Source: Terriglobia bacterium
GTDB taxonomy: Bacteria > Acidobacteriota > Terriglobia > UBA7540
Assembly: GCA_050745605.1 (NCBI GenBank)
Contig: JBOGKI010000001.1
Span: 1-33,817 of the forward strand
DNA: 33,817 nt
Direction: 5' to 3'
Part shown: positions 32,520 through 33,817 of the stretch, piece after piece
Layout: every line of letters starts with the position of its first letter
Numbering within the stretch: the stretch's first letter is position 1
The notes under the pieces: model-generated
Seen by the model: the letters and a program-made list of their open reading frames with translations, nothing else
Databases searched by the model: none
What the model was told of the DNA's origin: nothing
Program-made: the position numbers and the translations under genes

Positions 32520-32877
32520 ATGAGCATGAAGGCCCAACGAATGTTTCGAGCGCCTGAAATTGTGCTGTGCTGTGTGCTCCTGTTCCCGGCGCCTTTGCTG
32601 TCGCAGAGGCCCGAGGCGCCTGGCAGGTTATCTGTCACGTCGACGGGGGTGCGCCGAAATAAGCATTGACGGCCGGGATACACATCAAGTAACCCACGAC
32701 GCGAAGGAAGTAAGACAATCCACTTTCGTTGTTTCTCCCGGCGACCACTACGTGTCGTTGGCAAGCGGAAGCTTGAAGAAGTGCCAATCGCCATCGCCGA
32801 GGGTGACAGTGTCTCCTGGTACCAACTGGTCAGTCAACTGCACTGCGGCGGGATGGGATGTTCCTATCCAACATTGA
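32520..32877 (+). pseudogene. secreted PEGA-domain-like protein, apparently frameshifted at a G5 run
   Basis: ATG at 32520 follows AAGGTGGA and gives a signal-peptide-like MSMKAQRMFRAPEIVLCCVLLFPAPLL...GRLSVTSTG, then a stop at 32667-32669. The +1 frame continues AEISIDGRDTHQV...SPGDHYVSL...VTVSPGTNWSVNC (PEGA-like) to 32877. The switch point coincides with GGGGG at 32645-32649. Confidence 0.35.
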
Positions 32878-33615
32878 GAAGGTGATCATCAACTGGCGCG
32901 TCGAACGATCTCGGAGTGCCTCGCCCTGCTGCCGGAAGATTCGACGGGCGTCATCGATCCCGACCAATACGCGCTGAGGGTTATCGGCACCGGGCCTTCA
33001 GTGGACGGTCACTTCCTCCGGCTCGATCTCAATCCTGACCAGCGGAATCCCGGCCTGGCGGAAGGCTCTTGCTTTCGAGCGATGTACGCGTCGTCGTGGA
33101 CGCTCTCCAGGGTTTCGTCGAGCTCCCGAAGCGCGGATTCGATTCTGGCCAGTTCAGGCTCGAAGTTGGCGGGCCCGTAACGCCCGCTCCCACAGTGCCT
33201 GTAGCACCTCCCGTGGTCGTCAAGCGCCGAGGTGGACCCTCACGATTCCGTAAGAAATGAATCGGCCTCAAAATTGTCGGAAGCTGCTGAAGCCCGTAGC
33301 GATGGAATAAGCGCGCGACAAGGTCCGGATTGGGTCGCCCTGTCGCGTCTTGGCTTCGCACGGGCCGGGACCGAACCGCCACCCCCAACCCGAATGGCGC
33401 GTCGGTTCGCCTTGCTCATCCCGCCCTCAAAACACTTCCTGCATCATCCCGCCACGCGGCTAGCCTAACTTCCGCGCCCCAAGGCGATTTTGGGGCGGTT
33501 TCGGAAGGCAAGACTATTGTTTTCAACGCGAGATGCTTTTTGGCCCAGAATAGTGACGAATATGTGTCATCATTTTCCTTGACATGAGCAGGTTAGATGA
33601 TGTACATAGTGTCCT

Positions 33616-33817
33616 GTGTACATTCGCAAGACCGCCAAGTCGCACAAGGGCAAAACCTATACCAATTACCTGCTCGTTGAGTCCGTGGCGACGCCCAAGG
33701 GCCCTCGCCAGCGCATCATCTGCTCGCTCGGCAGCCTCGCCCCCGCACCTGCCGAACAGTGGCTGGACTTGGCCCGCCGCCTCGAAGCCCGCCTGCAGGG
33801 ACAGACCTCGCTAACCC
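33616..33817 (+). mobile_element. 5' end of an IS1634/IS4-superfamily DDE transposase gene (partial, runs off the window)
   Basis: Frame-1 GTG at 33616 (in-frame TAG at 33607) gives VYIRKTAKSHKGKTYTNYLLVESVATPKGPRQRIICSLGSLAPAPAEQWLDLARRLEARL. This resembles N-termini of IS1634-type transposases as I remember them. It is not in the ORF track because there is no stop within the window. Confidence 0.55.

Noticed and set aside
32878-33420. Possible genes or toxin-antitoxin remnants. The minus-strand ORF 33029-33388, a minus-frame snippet ..GSGRYGPANFEPELARIESALRELDETL.. is faintly ParD-like, and a plus frame is open with no start codon.
   Set aside because: No frame has a credible start plus a recognisable full-length domain. 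The ParD-like stretch is interrupted by stops and frame changes upstream. Best treated as degenerate or non-coding until a profile search says otherwise.
33475-33497. Hairpin cgccccaa-ggcgatt-ttggggcg followed by gttt, upstream of the IS transposase
   Set aside because: There is no upstream + strand gene to terminate and only a 3-T tract. It could belong to the IS end or be incidental, and this cannot be decided without the rest of the element.

Overview
High-GC bacterial chromosomal window; the taxon cannot be determined from the sequence alone. All family calls come from motif recognition by eye in the supplied translations, and no database search was run. (1) 1-6.7 kb is housekeeping: metK and ahcY (abutting, activated methyl cycle), tldD and pmbA, two small ORFs, then tRNA-Glu(CUC). 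(2) 6.9-31.7 kb is an accessory block dominated by a 19-gene, tightly translationally coupled phage-tail-like operon (8995-31731, + strand). It encodes a sheath, a gp19-like tube, a DUF4255 cap, an AAA+ ATPase, a DUF4157 HExxH protein, a gpX/gpD/gpV/PAAR-like spike complex, gp25/W, two giant J-like baseplate proteins and two distal tail proteins. There are no capsid, portal, terminase, integrase or lysis genes and no T6SS membrane-complex genes. This is a contractile injection system of the eCIS/PLTS type, and its gene order differs from Afp/PVC. Divergently transcribed from it are an orphan LuxR-type regulator with a degenerate receiver domain and a 3-TM membrane protein. (3) 31.7-33.8 kb is an AT-richer decayed edge. 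It holds a membrane-protein gene whose 3' end is occupied by a 153-bp MITE-like element (16-bp perfect terminal inverted repeats, CTAA duplication), a frameshifted PEGA-like ORF and uncallable debris. The 5' end of an IS1634/IS4-type transposase runs off the window. The main candidates for new biology are the CIS locus itself, its embedded DUF4157 protein with an unrecognisable C-terminal module, and the regulator/membrane-protein pair.
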